Positions 22,260-41,320 of a DNA stretch of 64,000 nucleotides are shown here, one piece after another. The notes beneath the pieces are model-generated. The model ran no database searches, was not told the DNA's origin, and saw nothing but the letters and a program-made list of their open reading frames with translations. A program made the position numbers and the translations under genes. Origin of the DNA: Strigamia acuminata (lineage: Eukaryota); contig OX442314.1 of NCBI GenBank assembly GCA_949358305.1, positions 32,178,001 through 32,242,000 of the forward strand, in the 5' to 3' direction. Within the stretch, counting starts at the first letter, position 1, and the number at the start of each line of letters is the position of its first letter.

Positions 22260-22962
22260 TACGGTCGAAACTCTTTATAACGAATCGCGATATAACGAAT
22301 TATCGATATAACGGATACCTAAAAATGGCTGGTTTGATTGGCTGGCCATAGAACACCGTGTTAAAAAATTTCGACATAACGAACTCTCGTTATAACGAAT
22401 CGATTTTTCGGATGTATTGCGATTCGTTGTGAATAGACCCCAAACATTTATGCAAAATAAAATTCGTTTTATGCGCAGAAAATATGCACCAAAAATTCCA
22501 TTTTATGCAAAATAAAAATAAACATATGCAAAATAAAAAAATTTATTCCAGTGAAATCAGGTGTTAAGTAACAACTTAATGCCATTTCAAAGTGTTCTCT
22601 ATGTAAATAAATTATAATTAGTAATTACAATTCATTTTTTTCTATTTTTTTATTTGTTTATTTCTTAAAACTTTTTCCAGACATTAATTTAGTGACTTTC
22701 CCTGAGGTCTGTTTTCGGCGAAATCCTCAGTTTTCCGAACGCAAGTATACGTACACAATATGTGCCTTAAAAAAATGTTACGTATCGTTAAAAAAAGACT
22801 TAAATCGTCGTTTTTTCCCGGAAAAATGGCGCTTTATGCATTTATTTACCGATTTTCGCAAAATATGAAATTTAAGCCAATTTCGGCTTTTTATTCAATA
22901 TAAATATATTCTATGCATTTATGCATTGATCCGGAGTCTAGTTATTAAAAGTTTCGACTGTA
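22260..22962. mobile_element. Tigger-like MITE with a nested TAGAC..GTCTA (hAT-like) element at ~22434-22940
   Basis: TACGGTCGAAACT...AGTTTCGACTGTA ends; ATAACGA repeats; related fragment at ~20925-21080. Confidence 0.6.
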
Positions 22963-23483
22963 ACACCACTTTTTCACCGCATTCTAATTATTCATTGCAT
23001 TTAATTCAATTCGGCACACTTCAACCTAAACAATTCAAACCCATCCACTCCTCTCCACATCTCCATTAATTCAAACCTCCAACCACTCCACCGCTGACCT
23101 AATAACAACCCAGACAAACATATCACACAACCAACTAAATCCACAAATAATAAAACCCCAAAGCTTCCCCTCCTCGCTCGCTGCACATCCAAAACATTCC
23201 ACAACTCCAAACCATCGTCTCGCACTATTTCAATCCATAAATAATAAAACAAACAACCAATCAATTCCTCCACGCTCCACCGGCCCCCACGTCCACTACT
23301 CCAGTCCATCCGTCCACCATAGCCGTGCGGGCGAAAGTGTTTTCCTTCGTTCACCGCATCGCATTCTTCCAAAGGGCGGGTCAGTGGAACAAGAGCTGCA
23401 GGCGTCGTACATAGCACGTGGCCGTCGGTTCACCAACTTCCAACGAGCGAGCGAGCGACCGATGATTCCAATTTTCAAACAAA

Positions 23484-27631
<4,148 letters not shown>

Positions 27632-28229
27632 TAACCAGAAGAGCATCGCGTAAATAACCAAAGAGTTTTATGATATAAAACAAAAATGTCGATTTTCTAC
27701 ACTGCATGAAACATTAAACCAAACTGAAAAATATGTTTCGGTGTATCGCATATCTGAATAAAAAACTAACAATAAGTCATAACTTCGATGGAATTTTATT
27801 AGGCTCGTTCTAATCTCGCGCTAGTGCTCGAGATCGAACCCTGTTCGTGGCGACGCCCGGTGACGAAATGTGACACGAAATAGTAGATACAAGCCTAAAA
27901 TAATATTTTCTCACGTTTTTTTTCTCAATAAATACAGGATTCGATTTATGTTTTAAATAAATTAAAGTCTATTTAAGGTTTTTGTTTGCAATTGTATATT
28001 TTTTATACAACGCGCGATTTGTTTACTAACATTGCGGTTGCCATGGCGACGATCAACGGTAACTGAAATTCAAAAGCGCAATTGTGTTTCGTTTTGATTT
28101 GCACGCGTGAATTGTTTTGATTTGGTCATTCTGGTCGTGTCGTTTTGAAAGACATTTAGCGTGTCATCTCGGTGGTGCGTTTGGTTTGCATTGTCGGACT
28201 TGCATTGAACTGGGCCAAGGATAAACGAA

Positions 28230-31200
28230 ATGACGGACACGGAGGAGCTGACGAGTTTAGAGAGGTAAGACTCGTTTCATAAACGATTTAACTTTTTAAC
28301 ATTTCTGACACAGCGTACGTTGCAGCTGAAAACAATTTCTATGCCTTAGGATTAGGAAATCTTGCACATACGTAATCTCTTACATTTTCACAATTTGAAG
28401 GCCATTTCTCATATTTTAGTCACAATTTTCCTTATTACAGCTAAGATTTTCATATTTTCAGGCAATTTTTAATCTTAGACGATTTTTTATATTTTTAGAC
28501 AGTTTATCATATTTTTAGACAGTTTATTATATTTTTAGACAGTTTATCATATATTTTAGACGATTTTTTAGACTCCTTATCATACATTCAGACGTTTCTT
28601 AAATATTTTTTAGACAATTTTCCATATTTATAGACGATACGATTTATCATATTTTTAGACAAAATTTTTCATATTTTAGACAAAATTTTTCATATTTTAG
28701 ACAAAATTTTTCATATTTTAGACAAAATTTTTCATATTTTAGACAAAATTTTTCATATTTTAGACAAAATTTTTCATATTTTAGACAAAATTTTTCATAT
28801 TTTAGACAAAATTTTTCATATTTTAGACAAAATTTTTCATATTTTAGACAAAATTTTTCATATTTTAGACAAAATTTTTCATATTTTAGACAAAATTTTT
28901 CATATTTTAGACAAAATTTTTCATATTTTAGACAAAATTTTTCATATTTTAGACAAAATTTTTCATATTTTAGACAAAATTTTTCATATTTTAGACAAAA
29001 TTTTTCATATTTTAGACAAAATTTTTCATATTTTAGACAAAATTTTTCATATTTTAGACAAAATTTTTCATATTTTAGACAAAATTTTTCATATTTTAGA
29101 TAAAATTTTTCATAGTTAAGACGAAATTTTTCATAGTTTAGACGAAATTTTTCATATTTTAGACAAAAATTTTCATATTTTAGACAAAATTTTTCATATT
29201 TTAGACAAAATTTTTCATATTTTAGACAAAATTTTTCATATTTTAGACAAAATTTTTCATATTTTAGACAAAATTTTTCATATTTTAGACAAAATTTTTC
29301 ATATTTTAGACAAAATTTTTCATATTTTAGACAAAATTTTTCATATTTTAGACAAAATTTTTCATATTTTAGACAAAATTTTTCATATTTTAGACAAAAT
29401 TTTTCATATTTTAGACAAAATTTTTCATATTTTAGACAAAATTTTTCATATTTTAGACAAAATTTTTCATATTTTAGACAAAATTTTTCATATTTTAGAC
29501 AAAATTTTTCATATTTTAGACAAAATTTTTCATATTTTAGACAAAATTTTTCATATTTTAGACAAAATTTTTCATATTTTAGATAAAATTTTTCATAGTT
29601 AAGACAAAATTTTTCATAGTTTAGACGAAATTTTTCATATTTTAGACAAAAATTTTCATATTTTAGACAAAATTTTTCATATTTTAGACAAAATTTTTCA
29701 TATTTTAGACAAAATTTTTCATATTTTAGACAAAATTTTTCAAATTTTAGACACATATTTGCATATTTTAGACACACGTGTTAAACTTGATTTATTCCAT
29801 TTTATTAGACTCAATTTATCTCATTTTAAACACAATTAACGCCATTTTAGACACTATTTTTTTCACTTTCAAACATTTTTTCATATTTCTTCAAATTTTA
29901 GACTATTTTTTTACATTTCTTCACATTTTAGACTATTTTTTTTTACATTTCTTCACATTTTAGACAATTTTTTTTACATTTCTTCACATTTTAGACAATT
30001 TTTTTTACATTTCTTCACATTTTAGACTATTTTTTTTACATTTCTTCACATTTTAGACTATTTTTTTTACATTTCATCACATTTCAGACATAATTTCTTC
30101 CATTTTAGACATTTTCTTCACATTTCAGACAACATAATTCACACTCCCACCCAAAATCGACTTTCAAACATATCTGACTTAACATCCTCAAGAACCTTCA
30201 TCTGATCCCATTAAACAAGAAAAGAGGAAAATGCCGATTACACAAATTGCTCGCTCCGACTCCCGTTGCACAAGCAACCAAAACCGGAAATTACATCAAC
30301 ACAAAATCCCCCCATCCCCCCAAAAAAAAATAAAAAATAAAAAATAAAAAAATCCAAAACATCCCAAAACATCTCCTCAAGTCCCTCTAACGCATCCAGA
30401 CACAAGAAGCATTTTGAGCACTTTAAATTTAGAAACGAGATGCGCTCACTTCCCATTAGTCTTCCCATCACGATCCACGAACCCGAGGTCGGTGACACGC
30501 ACTCACGCACCAACCCCGGGCCGAACCCCAAAATGGCGCAAAACGAACAAAACAGCAAATAAAATATAATCCCCAACAATACGTGACGTCACCCCACATA
30601 ACAGGAAGTGGCTGAAATGCGGGGGTGGACGACAATCATCGCAATTACGATGACGTCGTTAATTCACTCGCTCCACAGAAACTCGCACGGTCGAATGGAG
30701 GTCGGACCGAACCCGAGCGGGACGAAATGACGCTCCTCCTTATGGACGGCGTGTATGTCCGCAACCGGAAACGACCGCTGAGGTGTGTATACAAAAATTA
30801 CGTACAAATTTATCCCCCAAAACCGACAAAAACGATTTCTAAATCGTTAATTCCGATGCATTTCCACGCATTTCAATAAAATAAAATGATGACAAAAATT
30901 GCCGTCAGGATTCCCCGACTGTGCACCTTGTCTTTATCCCACACTGTGGCCCAGGTCCGAATTTTTTGCAAAATACGTTCAAATACGTTTTTATTTGCAT
31001 TTAAACCTCCAATTTCCCTAGCGAGAACATAAAAAACAATATTATTGATCTAAATTAATGTTTATTTCACGTAAAATCGCGGTTTTTGTTCATTAAACCG
31101 TATAAAATCAACCACTTCGTCCCGTTCACCAGCGGAGGCTGTGATGGAGGTTAGACTCGAGTCACGTGGTGGCGCGCCGACCAATCCGCGTCGTGTTTGG

Positions 31201-34200
31201 GCTCGCAAGTATTTTGCTGGCGAGTTGGTAGTTATCCGGGCAACTTGTGGATCTCGTCAACATCCCAAACGCGAAAGAAAGTGAATTAACTCACGGACCG
31301 AGCCACACGGACGGGACAGGCATCGCACAATGGGCAAAGTGATAGTGTAAGTCGATCCTAAGCACAAATTTTCAACCCAAACGAGTGTTAAAACGTCCAA
31401 ACATCAATTTTGGGACACACAACATCACGCCCAGGCGCCCGCTTGTTGACCCTGGTGCCAAAATGGAAGAACACGCACAAAAAAATACACACAACGACTT
31501 TTGTTTATTTCGTTTTTCGCACGTTTTTCGCTCCGATTTTTTCGTTTTAAATTTTTTTTACGTGTTCTAGAGCGTTATGTCACTTTTTGCATAAACATTT
31601 GCTTGATTTTGTTCGAATTAGAGGCCTTGGGTGAAGGTGGGGTCGTGGATGACGTCATTTTCCGAGGTATGCGAAATTTTAGATTTTTTTATTGTTTTTA
31701 TTTTTTTATTTGTCGACGAAAATTCGTGCGAGGAAGTTGTTCGTGGATTGTCCCAGGGTAATTGGTGGATGCGAGTCGATTAGGGTTAATTTTGCTTATG
31801 TAAATGGGAGTCGAGTTTGTTTTAATTAAATAATCAACGGATGAGAGTTGTTGGGCTGTTTGGTCGGGGGGAGGAAAAAATGCTGCGAGTTTTGCGACTG
31901 GCCGGTGTTGATCGAGTGCGACCTTGGGAGTCGTTTAACCCGAATAAGCTGGCAATTGTTTCCGCAAACTGATGCAGGGACTATCCGTAAACGACGTGTC
32001 GCGTTTTCGGTCGGTAAATAAAGTTGAGGACGGTTTGGGGAAATGGGGGTAAAACGGGGTTTTTTTGGGAGAAAGGTGTGATAGGACGAGGTTAAAACGG
32101 GTTTTTGGTGCAAAGGTATGGAGAAACGAGGATAAAACGGGTTTTTTGATGAAATAATTTGGGTAAAACGATATTAAAACGGGTTTTCTAGTGAAAAGAT
32201 GTTGAGAGACGAGGTTAAAACGGGTTTTTGGTGCAAAGGTATGGAGAAACGATAATAAAACGGTTTTTTTGATGAAATAATTTGGAGAAACGAGGATAAA
32301 ACGGTTTTTTTGATGAAATAATTTGGGTAAAATGATATTAAAACGAGGTCGAAACGGGTTTTCTAGTGAAAAGATGTTGAGAGACGAGGTTAAAACGGGG
32401 TTTTGGTGCAAAGGTATGGAGAAACGAGGATAAAACGGTTTTTTTGATGAAATAATTTGGGTAAAATGATATTAAAACGAAGTTAAAACGGGTTTTCTAG
32501 TGAAAAGATGTTGAGAGACGATGTTAAAACGGGTTTTTGGTGCAAAGGTATGGAGAAACGAGGATAAAACGGTTTTTTTGATGAAATAATTTGGGTAAAA
32601 TGATATTAAAACGAGGTTGAAACGGGTTTTCTAGTGAAAAGATGTTGAGAGACGAAGTTAAAACGGGGTTTTGGTGCAAAGGTATGGAGAAACGAGGATA
32701 AAACGGTTTTTTTGATGAAATAATTTGGGTAAAATGATATTAAAACGAGATTTTTGTAGAAAAGATGGGACGAAACGATGTTAAAACGGGTTGTTTGGTG
32801 AAAATGTGGAGAGACGCGGGTAAAACGGGTTTTTGGGTAAAAATATGTGGGATAAAACGGGTTTTTTGATTAAATAATCCGGGGAAAAGGATATTTAAAA
32901 GAGATTTTTTAAACAGATGAGACGAAACGAGGTTAAGACGGGTTTTTTGATGAAAAGCTGTGGCGAGACGAGGATAAAACGGATTTTTTTGTGAAAAGAT
33001 GTGGAGATACGAAGATAAAACGGTTTTTATGAAATAATTTGGGAAAACGACATTAAACCGAGATTTCTGTAAGCGAGGGGTAAAACGTAATTTTTTTTTT
33101 ATTAAAACGTCATGAGAAACGGGAATAAAACTGGTTTTCCGGTGAAAAGACAAGGTTAAAACAGGTTTAATAATAAAATGATTTTAAATACGAGATTTTA
33201 TGACGAACAAGTAAAGCACGAGATGAAAACAGGAATTCTGTTGGCAAAAATGAGAAAATAAAACGAGATTGAAACGATATTTTTGTTGAAAAACGCAAAA
33301 AAATGACGTTGTTGATAAAAAATTGTGAAAAACGAGACTAAAACGGGATTGTATTGTAAAATGTGATAAAACGACATTTCAAAAACCAAATTTATTTAAT
33401 AGAAAAAATATGAAAAAATTGATAACACGGATTTTTTAATGAAAAATGTGAAGAAACGGGATTTTCACCACAAAAACTCACAAAACTAGATTAAAACAAA
33501 ATTTATGTGAACCAAAAGTCACAAAACCACATAAAAACGGGACAAATGACAACCAAAAGTCACAAAACCACATTAAAACGGGACAATTGACAACCAAAAG
33601 TCACAAAACCACATTAAAACGGGACAATTGACAACCAAAAGTCACAAAACAAAATTAAAACGGGATTTTTAACAATTGAAAGTCACAAAACAAAATTAAA
33701 ACGAGATTTTTAAGTCACAAAACCACTTAAAACGGGATTTTTAAGTCACAAAACCATTTAAAACGGGATTTTTAAGTCACAAAACCATTAAAAACGGGAT
33801 TTTTAAGTCATAAAACCATCTAAAAAGTGATTTTTAATAGTTAAAAGTCATAAAACCACAATAAAACGGGGTTTTTGATCACCAAAAATCATCAAACCAC
33901 AGTAAAACGGCGTTTTTAATCACCAAAACTCAGTAAAACGGCGTTTTTAATCAGATAATCACCAAAACTCACAAAACAAAACCATTTAAAAACTGAATTT
34001 TTTAACCCAAACAAAAAACTCATAAGACGAAATCAACCCATCAAAGCCTGACACATCCATCAATAAAAAAGAAAACATGACGAGCAAACCACGCCTCAAA
34101 TTGTGTGCCAGAGCACATCTGCTCAGGATCATTCTTCTGCATTTTAATGCACGTGAGAACTGAGAATCGCCATTTTTTTCCATCACCAAATAATAATAAT

Positions 34201-35317
34201 CGCTCCTCTTTTTTTTTTTAATTTCATTTTTTCCCAACACCGACATCTTTCTTTTCTTTGCAGAACTCGCACAAAAGAGCCTGAAAAATGGAACTACTGC
34301 ACCTGTAGTTGGTTCTTCATCCTCCTGTTGGCGCTGCAAGTCTTACTATGGGGCTCCGTCGCTCTCGTTCTCTATTGGGTGATCGGTTACCGCGGCGGAT
34401 TCGGTTGGAACGACAAGAAGATCAAGCTCAACATTCATCCCGTACTCATGATCGGCGGATTCGTATTTTTCATGGGCCAATGTAAAAATTGTTTCAAACG
34501 ATATATTAAACAAAATAAATTATTTTATTAATTATTTTATTAATTTTATTAATGATTTTTAACTCCAGCCATGTTGATGTACCGAACGTGCCGTTGCTGC
34601 CGCCATATTTATACGAAACTATTCCACACGGTCGTGCATTTGGTTGCCATGCCAACCATAATCATCGGCGTGGTGGTCGCTTTTGATTATCACGATTCGA
34701 CCGGCAACGACCGATCGTCCGGATCCGAATTTTACGAACCGATCCGAACCCGATTTCCCATTCCGCATCTCTATAGTTTGCACAGTTGGTTGGGTGTCGC
34801 CACCCTCGGACTCTTCGCCATTCAGGTACGCTTAAATTCGTTACGCGCAGGACGGAACCCAATGAAAATTGAAATTTTAACCAAAATTTTTTTTTTTTAA
34901 TTTTTTGCAGTTTATCGTCGGATTTTTTAGTTTTCTCGTCCTTTTGTGCTGCGATTCGAAAACCGCAAGTTTCCGGTCCAAACTTCAACCGATCCACGCT
35001 CATTTCGGCCTGGCCACGTTCATTCTAGCCATAGGAACGTGCGTGACGGGCTTAACGCAAAAAGTGATCGAGGATTTGAAGTGAAAAGAATAAAAAATCG
35101 ATTTTTATTGAAAATTAATTTATTTTTGTGTGTTTTCAGCGAGAGAGGTGCGAGTGGTGTCATCACCCGTCCGAAATATCAAGATTTGCCGCCGGAGGGA
35201 CTCGTCGTCAACGTTTTAGCCGTGGTTTTGGTCGGTGCGGGTCTTTTGATGGCGTTTGTCATCCGTTACGCGCCTTTCCGGGGCCGCAGATCCGACCTTT
35301 TGGGGGAACGGTTGTGA
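28230..35317 (+). CDS. nemy: Cytochrome b561 family protein (nemy-like); first exon 28230-28264 (alternatives 30727-30782, 31330-31346), then 34264-34481, 34569-34826, 34911-35080, 35140-35317
   Basis: Heme-His motifs NIHPVLM, KLFHTVVH, HLYSLHSWLG, PIHAHFG; LMYRTCRCC and FIVGFFSFLVLLCC as in arthropod nemy. Confidence 0.88.
28647..29775. repeat. 21-bp minisatellite (ATATTTTAGACAAAATTTTTC), about 50 copies, intronic
   Basis: Directly visible; degenerate units on both flanks. Confidence 0.97.
29880..30130. repeat. ~32-bp tandem repeat (TTTTAGAC..TTTTACATTTCTTCACA)
   Basis: About 6-7 copies; shares the TTTTAGAC core with the 21-mer. Confidence 0.8.
32040..33960. repeat. Degenerate intronic satellite with AAAACGGG core (~30-bp subunits, ~120-bp higher-order unit)
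   Basis: Recurrent TAAAACGGGTTTT, GGTGCAAAGGTATGGAGAAACGA and AAGTCACAAAACCA. Confidence 0.85.
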
Positions 35318-36422
35318 CTAGAAGCGCCAGAAGCTCCGGACGAACGAAAATCGCCCAAAATCTCGCACGAGACTAGGCTGTAAAAGTCCGAAATGCGATT
35401 TTTTTTTTTTTTTTTAAATTTATTTTAAAAATACGGATTATGTGGTTTTCGTTTAATCGAATTTTCATTTACTTTTTTTTTAGTCTTAAATTAATTTTTT
35501 TTAACGTTTTTTAACATTTTTACGAGGTAAAGTGTAAAAAAAAAAATGGCGGCGTGTCTCGGTCACACTAGTTTTGTTTAGAGATTTTTGTGTTTTTGTT
35601 TTTTTGCTTTTGTTAATGTTTTTTGTTTTTTGTATATTTTGAATTTAAGGTCAACATTGTATTTATCCTATTGCGAATTCTGCTTGGCAGCCATTTTGTA
35701 TATATTTTGTTTTGGTTAAGCGCTCTAGATGGATTTTGAATTTGGGATTGTAATTTTTCCGTGCGAAAATAGAGGAAAACAACGAAATGTTTTACTGTTT
35801 ATTTTTATTTTTAGTCAAACGAGTTGGAAATATAACGATTCAGTTCGTTTTCACACGAAATTTTCATCGAATTTATGAATGTATACATTCCAACTTGTGC
35901 CACCAGGTGCGGGAGAAATTATTTTTCTCTTCCCGCACTCGTTTTCTATCGATAGTTTTGCACCTCGATTTTTTGTGACCGATTTCTTTTTTGTAATACC
36001 ATATAAATATATCTAATTACATAAAAACACGAATAAAATGAGTATTTTATTGAATTTTACGCGTTTTCATTGCGAATTAGTTGCGGCTGTATTAACCGCC
36101 ATTAAAACCACCCGATACGATGAATGATACTGATAAAACGATGTTTTTTTTTGTTTTTTTTCTCCTTATCTACATTCACTCGTCCGTAACAGAAAATCTA
36201 TTTCAAGATCACTATTCATTCATCCACAACGAAACGTGTGTACATGATAACTGGTTGTAGAGTTGTTTGACCGCTATCGCTACTGTAGCGAGTATAATAC
36301 AACGATAATCAAAAGAAAAGACGCCATTTTTATTCTTTTAAATTCACCAGTGCGAAAAGAAGTTGAAAAGACTTTATTTGTATAAAAAATATCATTTATT
36401 GAACATTTATTTCATAATTATT

Positions 36423-39400
36423 TCATAATTTCTTTAGTGTTTTAATTTTTACATCGATAATTCGGATTGCAAAGTCAGACCCGCAACTCGCGAGTTTAAT
36501 CGAAATGACGTCATCCGCTGTACAATAAACCGGACAAAACCGTAATTTTTTGACACACAAATTGTGACAATATGTGTGCATTTGGGATAAATCACTATGT
36601 AATGTCCATAACGAAGTGGAAGCATCAAACCAGTGCAATGAAATGGATCCACATTCCTGGCCGATTGCCACGAGAAACCTAAATTTAAAAATAGGTATAT
36701 TAAGTACCCCAAAACGTCGTCTTTGATTAGAATCTCACCGCGAATCGGTCTCGAACGGCGCCACATCCAACGAATTAACCGATTCCTTGGCGGTCATCGG
36801 TGATGGCGCTTCAACTACATTCCCATTCACTTTCCACGCAATTACCTTTATAAAAACCCCATAAATTAGTAAATATTTAACGTATAATCGTGTTTGTAAA
36901 TGTTTTTCATGCCTTTTTGTCTCGGGAACCTGTGAAAAACACAGAAGAGTCGGGTGCCCATGCGCACGACCAAATGATCCGCGAATGGGAACCGGGTCGT
37001 TTATAACTTGACGCCACTTTTTCAAATGTAATTTCACCTGAAAAACAAAAATTAATAAAATGTCAAAAATGTCCCAATTATTTTTTTTTTTTTAATTTTT
37101 AAAATAAACCTGTTTCTGTTTTCGTCTCTGAAAACATTGTCCACGTTCTATCGCGGGAAACCGACAGAAGATGGCGATCGTCCGGTGAGAATTGCAAGTT
37201 CGTAACCGTGAGTGTGTGTGAATGCAATTGCGCAATTTGCACCCACGTTTTTACATCCCAAAGGATAATCGCCGCGTGTTCCGGTTTACTTGCCTGAAAA
37301 AATAAAACAAAACAATTACGAACTGAAAACTAAACAAAATAAGCCTGATTTCCAAATCCAGTAAAGTTGTAAGCACACGTTTACTTCACATAAAACGAAA
37401 TAACTGACCACAAGTCTACTGGAAAATGAAAAAATGGCAAACGTTAATTTCAGCTTCTGATTTTTTTAAATTACTTTACAGGCCGATGCGACCAATGAGC
37501 CCTTGTGATTGCACGCCACACAGAACACCTCAAATCCGTGACCGTACAACTTCTGCGACTCCGGCCACAGCGTGTTCTGCAACAACATTTCTTCAGTTGG
37601 CGGCTCTAGAAAAAAAAAATTTTACAAATTAAAAAATTAAAAAAAAAAAATTTGATTAATGAAATAAAATACCCGTTAATTGCGTTTTTTGAACTTCGTT
37701 TCCGCCAAAAATCGCCTTGTTGGACAGTCCCAACGCCGGCACACTGGCACCTTCAGCAGCCGTGCTTGTCTAAAACATCAAAATATTGAATAACAGACAT
37801 TACATGACGTCACATCATCATAATAATAACATTGACGTCACAAAATATCAATAATGGCGGCCAATTTTGTTGATTTTACCATCTTTTCTCGTTCCAAATC
37901 GATCGACAACCCGCTCAGACGTGATAAATTCTCGACGAAATGCTTCGGAGCCTCGAAAACTCTCAAAACCTTTTCGTCAGCCCCGGAAATAAACTTATAA
38001 TCGGTCACGATAGACAAACAACTCATATCGTGACCGTGTATTTGCGGTCTGGCCAACTCGTGCCACGTCACAGCCTAAAAACAAAACAAAAAAACAATAA
38101 AAATCCAATCCAACGTAAAAAAAAAAACATCAAAAAACACCTTATTTTCAAGAATCCACGGTGCGTGAAGCCTCGTCGTCTGATCCAAGCTCGTGCTGAG
38201 CAAATAATGTCCTTCAGGGTCCCACGCAACGTCGAGAACTTCGTTAAAATGGCCGCTAACTGTCACCCCTGGCAACCAACTGAAGGTTTCCTAGAAAATA
38301 AAAATTAAAAAATTAAATTTATTATTATTATTATTATTATTATTAACGAGATTTTCACTTGATCTAAATGCCACAAATGGAAAGCGCCTTGGTAACTGTG
38401 CGCGATGATCGAAGCGCCGTCCGGGCTGAATTTGTTGCCGAAAAATCCGAGCGTGGAGCCGCCAACTTCGCCCACACGCGCCTCTTCCAACCAAAGGTCG
38501 TTTGTCGTGTCCAGCGACCACAAAATCATCGTTTTGTCCATCGAGGCGGATATTAATTTGAGTGGTTGGTGTTTGTTTTTGAGTTTCGGTTGCCAGTTGA
38601 CGCCGTAGACCCAATTTTCGTGTCCTGCGATGATTGCTTCGACGCTGACGGCGAATTTTTGGATTTTGTCTGGAAAAAGAATTAAAATCTCATTAGAAAT
38701 TAAAATAAAATTTTTTTTTAAATTTTTTTTTTAATTTTTTTTTTACCGTTGGATGTGAATGAAAACGTGTTTTCATTCATGTGTAATTCGTTTTCGTTGA
38801 CGGATCGGTCAGTAGAGGGCGCAATTTTCCAGATGCGGATTAGTGAGTCTTGACTACCGGTTGCCATTAATAGATGCCCAACATCTGGAATGTTAAAAAT
38901 AATTAGGTTTATGGAATTGGTTTTATTTTTTTTGTTATTTATTTTACTTGAAACGATGTCGATGCATCTCACCCAATCTTCGTGTCCGTGCAGAACGTGC
39001 ATTTTTTCAAACTATCGAAATATTAAACAAGAAAATATAAACCTAAATGTCATATATGTATTCAATGTTAATTGAACCTACAATGCCATTTTGTTGCACA
39101 AATAAAACCACGCTCGATGTATCAAACCCACACGCCAGTAACGGAACTAAAAAAAAAATAAAATAAAATAAAAACATTAAAAAAACATAAAAACATTTTT
39201 TTTTATCAAAAAAACATAAAATCAACACACTTTTATCAAAAAACCATAAATTTTACATATTTTTTATCAAAAACATAAATTTGACCCATTTTTTTTCCAA
39301 AATACCATAAATTTTAGTCATTTTTTACCAAAAAAAACATAAATTTTACATATTTTTGATCAAAAAACATATAAAAAAAAACTATAAATTTTACACATTT

Positions 39401-40411
39401 TGGATCAAAAACATAAATTTGACCCATTTTTTTCCAAAATACCATAAATACCATAAATTTTAGTCACTTTTTACCAAAAAAAACCATAAATTTTATGTTT
39501 TTTGATCAAAAGATCAAAAAACATAAATTTGACCCATTTTTTTTTCCAAAAAACCATAAATTTTAGTCATTTTTTACCAAAAAAACCATAAATTTTACAT
39601 ATTATTGATCAAAAAACATAAAATTTCTAATTTCTAATAAAAAAAACCCATAAATTTTACACATTATGGATCAAAAACTATAAATTTACGTCCAAAACAA
39701 ACTCATTTCTTTACCATTTGAATTCGGTATAACACAAAATTTCGCATCCAAAGCGAACCCAGTCCCGCAGCTTATCGTCTGCGTGCAAGAAATCTCGTCT
39801 AAAACAATTTAAAAAAAAAATAATTAATAACTTTCAAAAAACAATTTTTAAAAATTTCAATTACCAGATTCATTTATTCTTTTCCATATTTTCACACTGG
39901 AATCCACGCTCGCAGTCGCCACCAGCAAATCTCCATTTTCCACATAAATCGCGTCGGCTATCGTCACCGAAGCCGAATGACCACTTAACACGAGACTAAC
40001 TCCAAACTCGTGTCGTTTCCCGGCGCGTTCTCGCCACACGATCGCCGTCCCGTCCGCAGACGTCGAAACTAATTCATTTTCCGGCACTAAAAACAAAAGG
40101 AAACGTTAATTTACACAATTAAGTTGATTTATCGCCACTTACATCCGTTATTTCGTATCCACCTGACACAAGTAACCGCCGCCTTGTGCGCGACGAGAAT
40201 CCTAAACACGCGGCCTGCACCGCACGAAAACTGATATTTAACGCGATTAAAACCTTTTCCACCGTACAAACACCCATATTTTTACCTTTGGATCGTACAA
40301 CGCTATGGAATTACACGTTGCGTAGCAAATCAAGTCGTTAAAGCCCCAATCGAGCACGTGCGGGCCTTTATTGCACCCCGAGCTCAGGTAAACCAAATCC
40401 ACGTCGACCAT
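36423..40411 (-). CDS. ELP2: Elongator complex protein 2 (WD40), multi-exon
   Basis: [77 protein letters not shown]. Confidence 0.95.
39230..39690. repeat. Degenerate AT-rich tandem repeat (CATAAATTTT core) in an Elp2 intron
   Basis: Recurrent AAAACATAAATTTT units at ~30-bp spacing. Confidence 0.75.
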
Positions 40412-40736
40412 GTTGGAAAATGGCGTCGTACAAACTGTCACCAGAACAACACACTCTTAATGTTGAATTCTGAATAAAATCGATATAAAAATTGAACGGT
40501 TCAAACGATGTTAAATTTTTTTGAATAAATTCGACCATTTTAACACAAAAATAAAAACCCAAAACCCATTCATTTAAAAAATAAAAAACCAAAATTCACC
40601 AACAGTTTATCGTTACTTCCTCCTGGATTTCCCATAATGCTTCGGCGATTGGTGGCGGTTTCTCTTCCAAGAGTTCAACTCATTTTTAGTCGTCGATTCG
40701 GGCGAGTTTTCTAATTGATTTTGCAATTTGGATGAA

Positions 40737-41320
40737 ATGACGGTGCAAAAATGTGAGTATAGACGCTAATTTCGCTCGGGAATCGCACGGGAGCAAAAAA
40801 CGTCGTTTATCAGTACGTTTTAGTGGTTTTTGTACGGGATTATTTTCTTTAGGGATTCATCCGCGTGGTGAGTGTCTATCAGGTGTTCTTTGCGAGGCTT
40901 TTTGTCACAAGGTCGACATAGAGTAGGAAGACGGAGCATCGTGCTTATGGACGACGGCGTCGGCGGATATTTATTCGGCTGTGTTTCGACTACACAGCAA
41001 CTGGAAATTGGGTAATTTAATGAAAAATTTGATTTTTGAGGGATTTCTTCCAGTGTTTTTCTCGTTTTGGCGGCATACTGGTAATTAAAAATGTTTACCA
41101 AATCAAGTTCACTTGTGAATTCAAAACTAAACTAGAATATTGAATATTTTTACATTTTTGCCCTGCTTGATAAAACATGGATACTTTTTCAACTATTTCA
41201 ACTAAACTTTTTCAACTAAACTCTATTTTAAAATAATGGGAAATCATTTTTGAATAATTTGAATTTCTTTATTTTATTTTAGGACTAATCCGAGTTCCCA
41301 CAGCATCGACAGTCGACGTT
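40737..41320 (+). pseudogene. Possible 5' exons of an unidentified gene head-to-head with Elp2
   Basis: ATG exon 40737-40752 with GTGAGT donor; exon 40853-41011 with one in-frame TAG (40924); acceptor at 41282; phases are compatible. Confidence 0.35.

Noticed and set aside
28647..29777. 376-aa (CLKYEKF)n ORF
   Set aside because: Translation of a 21-bp intronic minisatellite that happens to lack stops in one frame.
31826..33389. Phe/Lys-rich ORFs on the - strand
   Set aside because: Translations of the degenerate AAAACGGG satellite.
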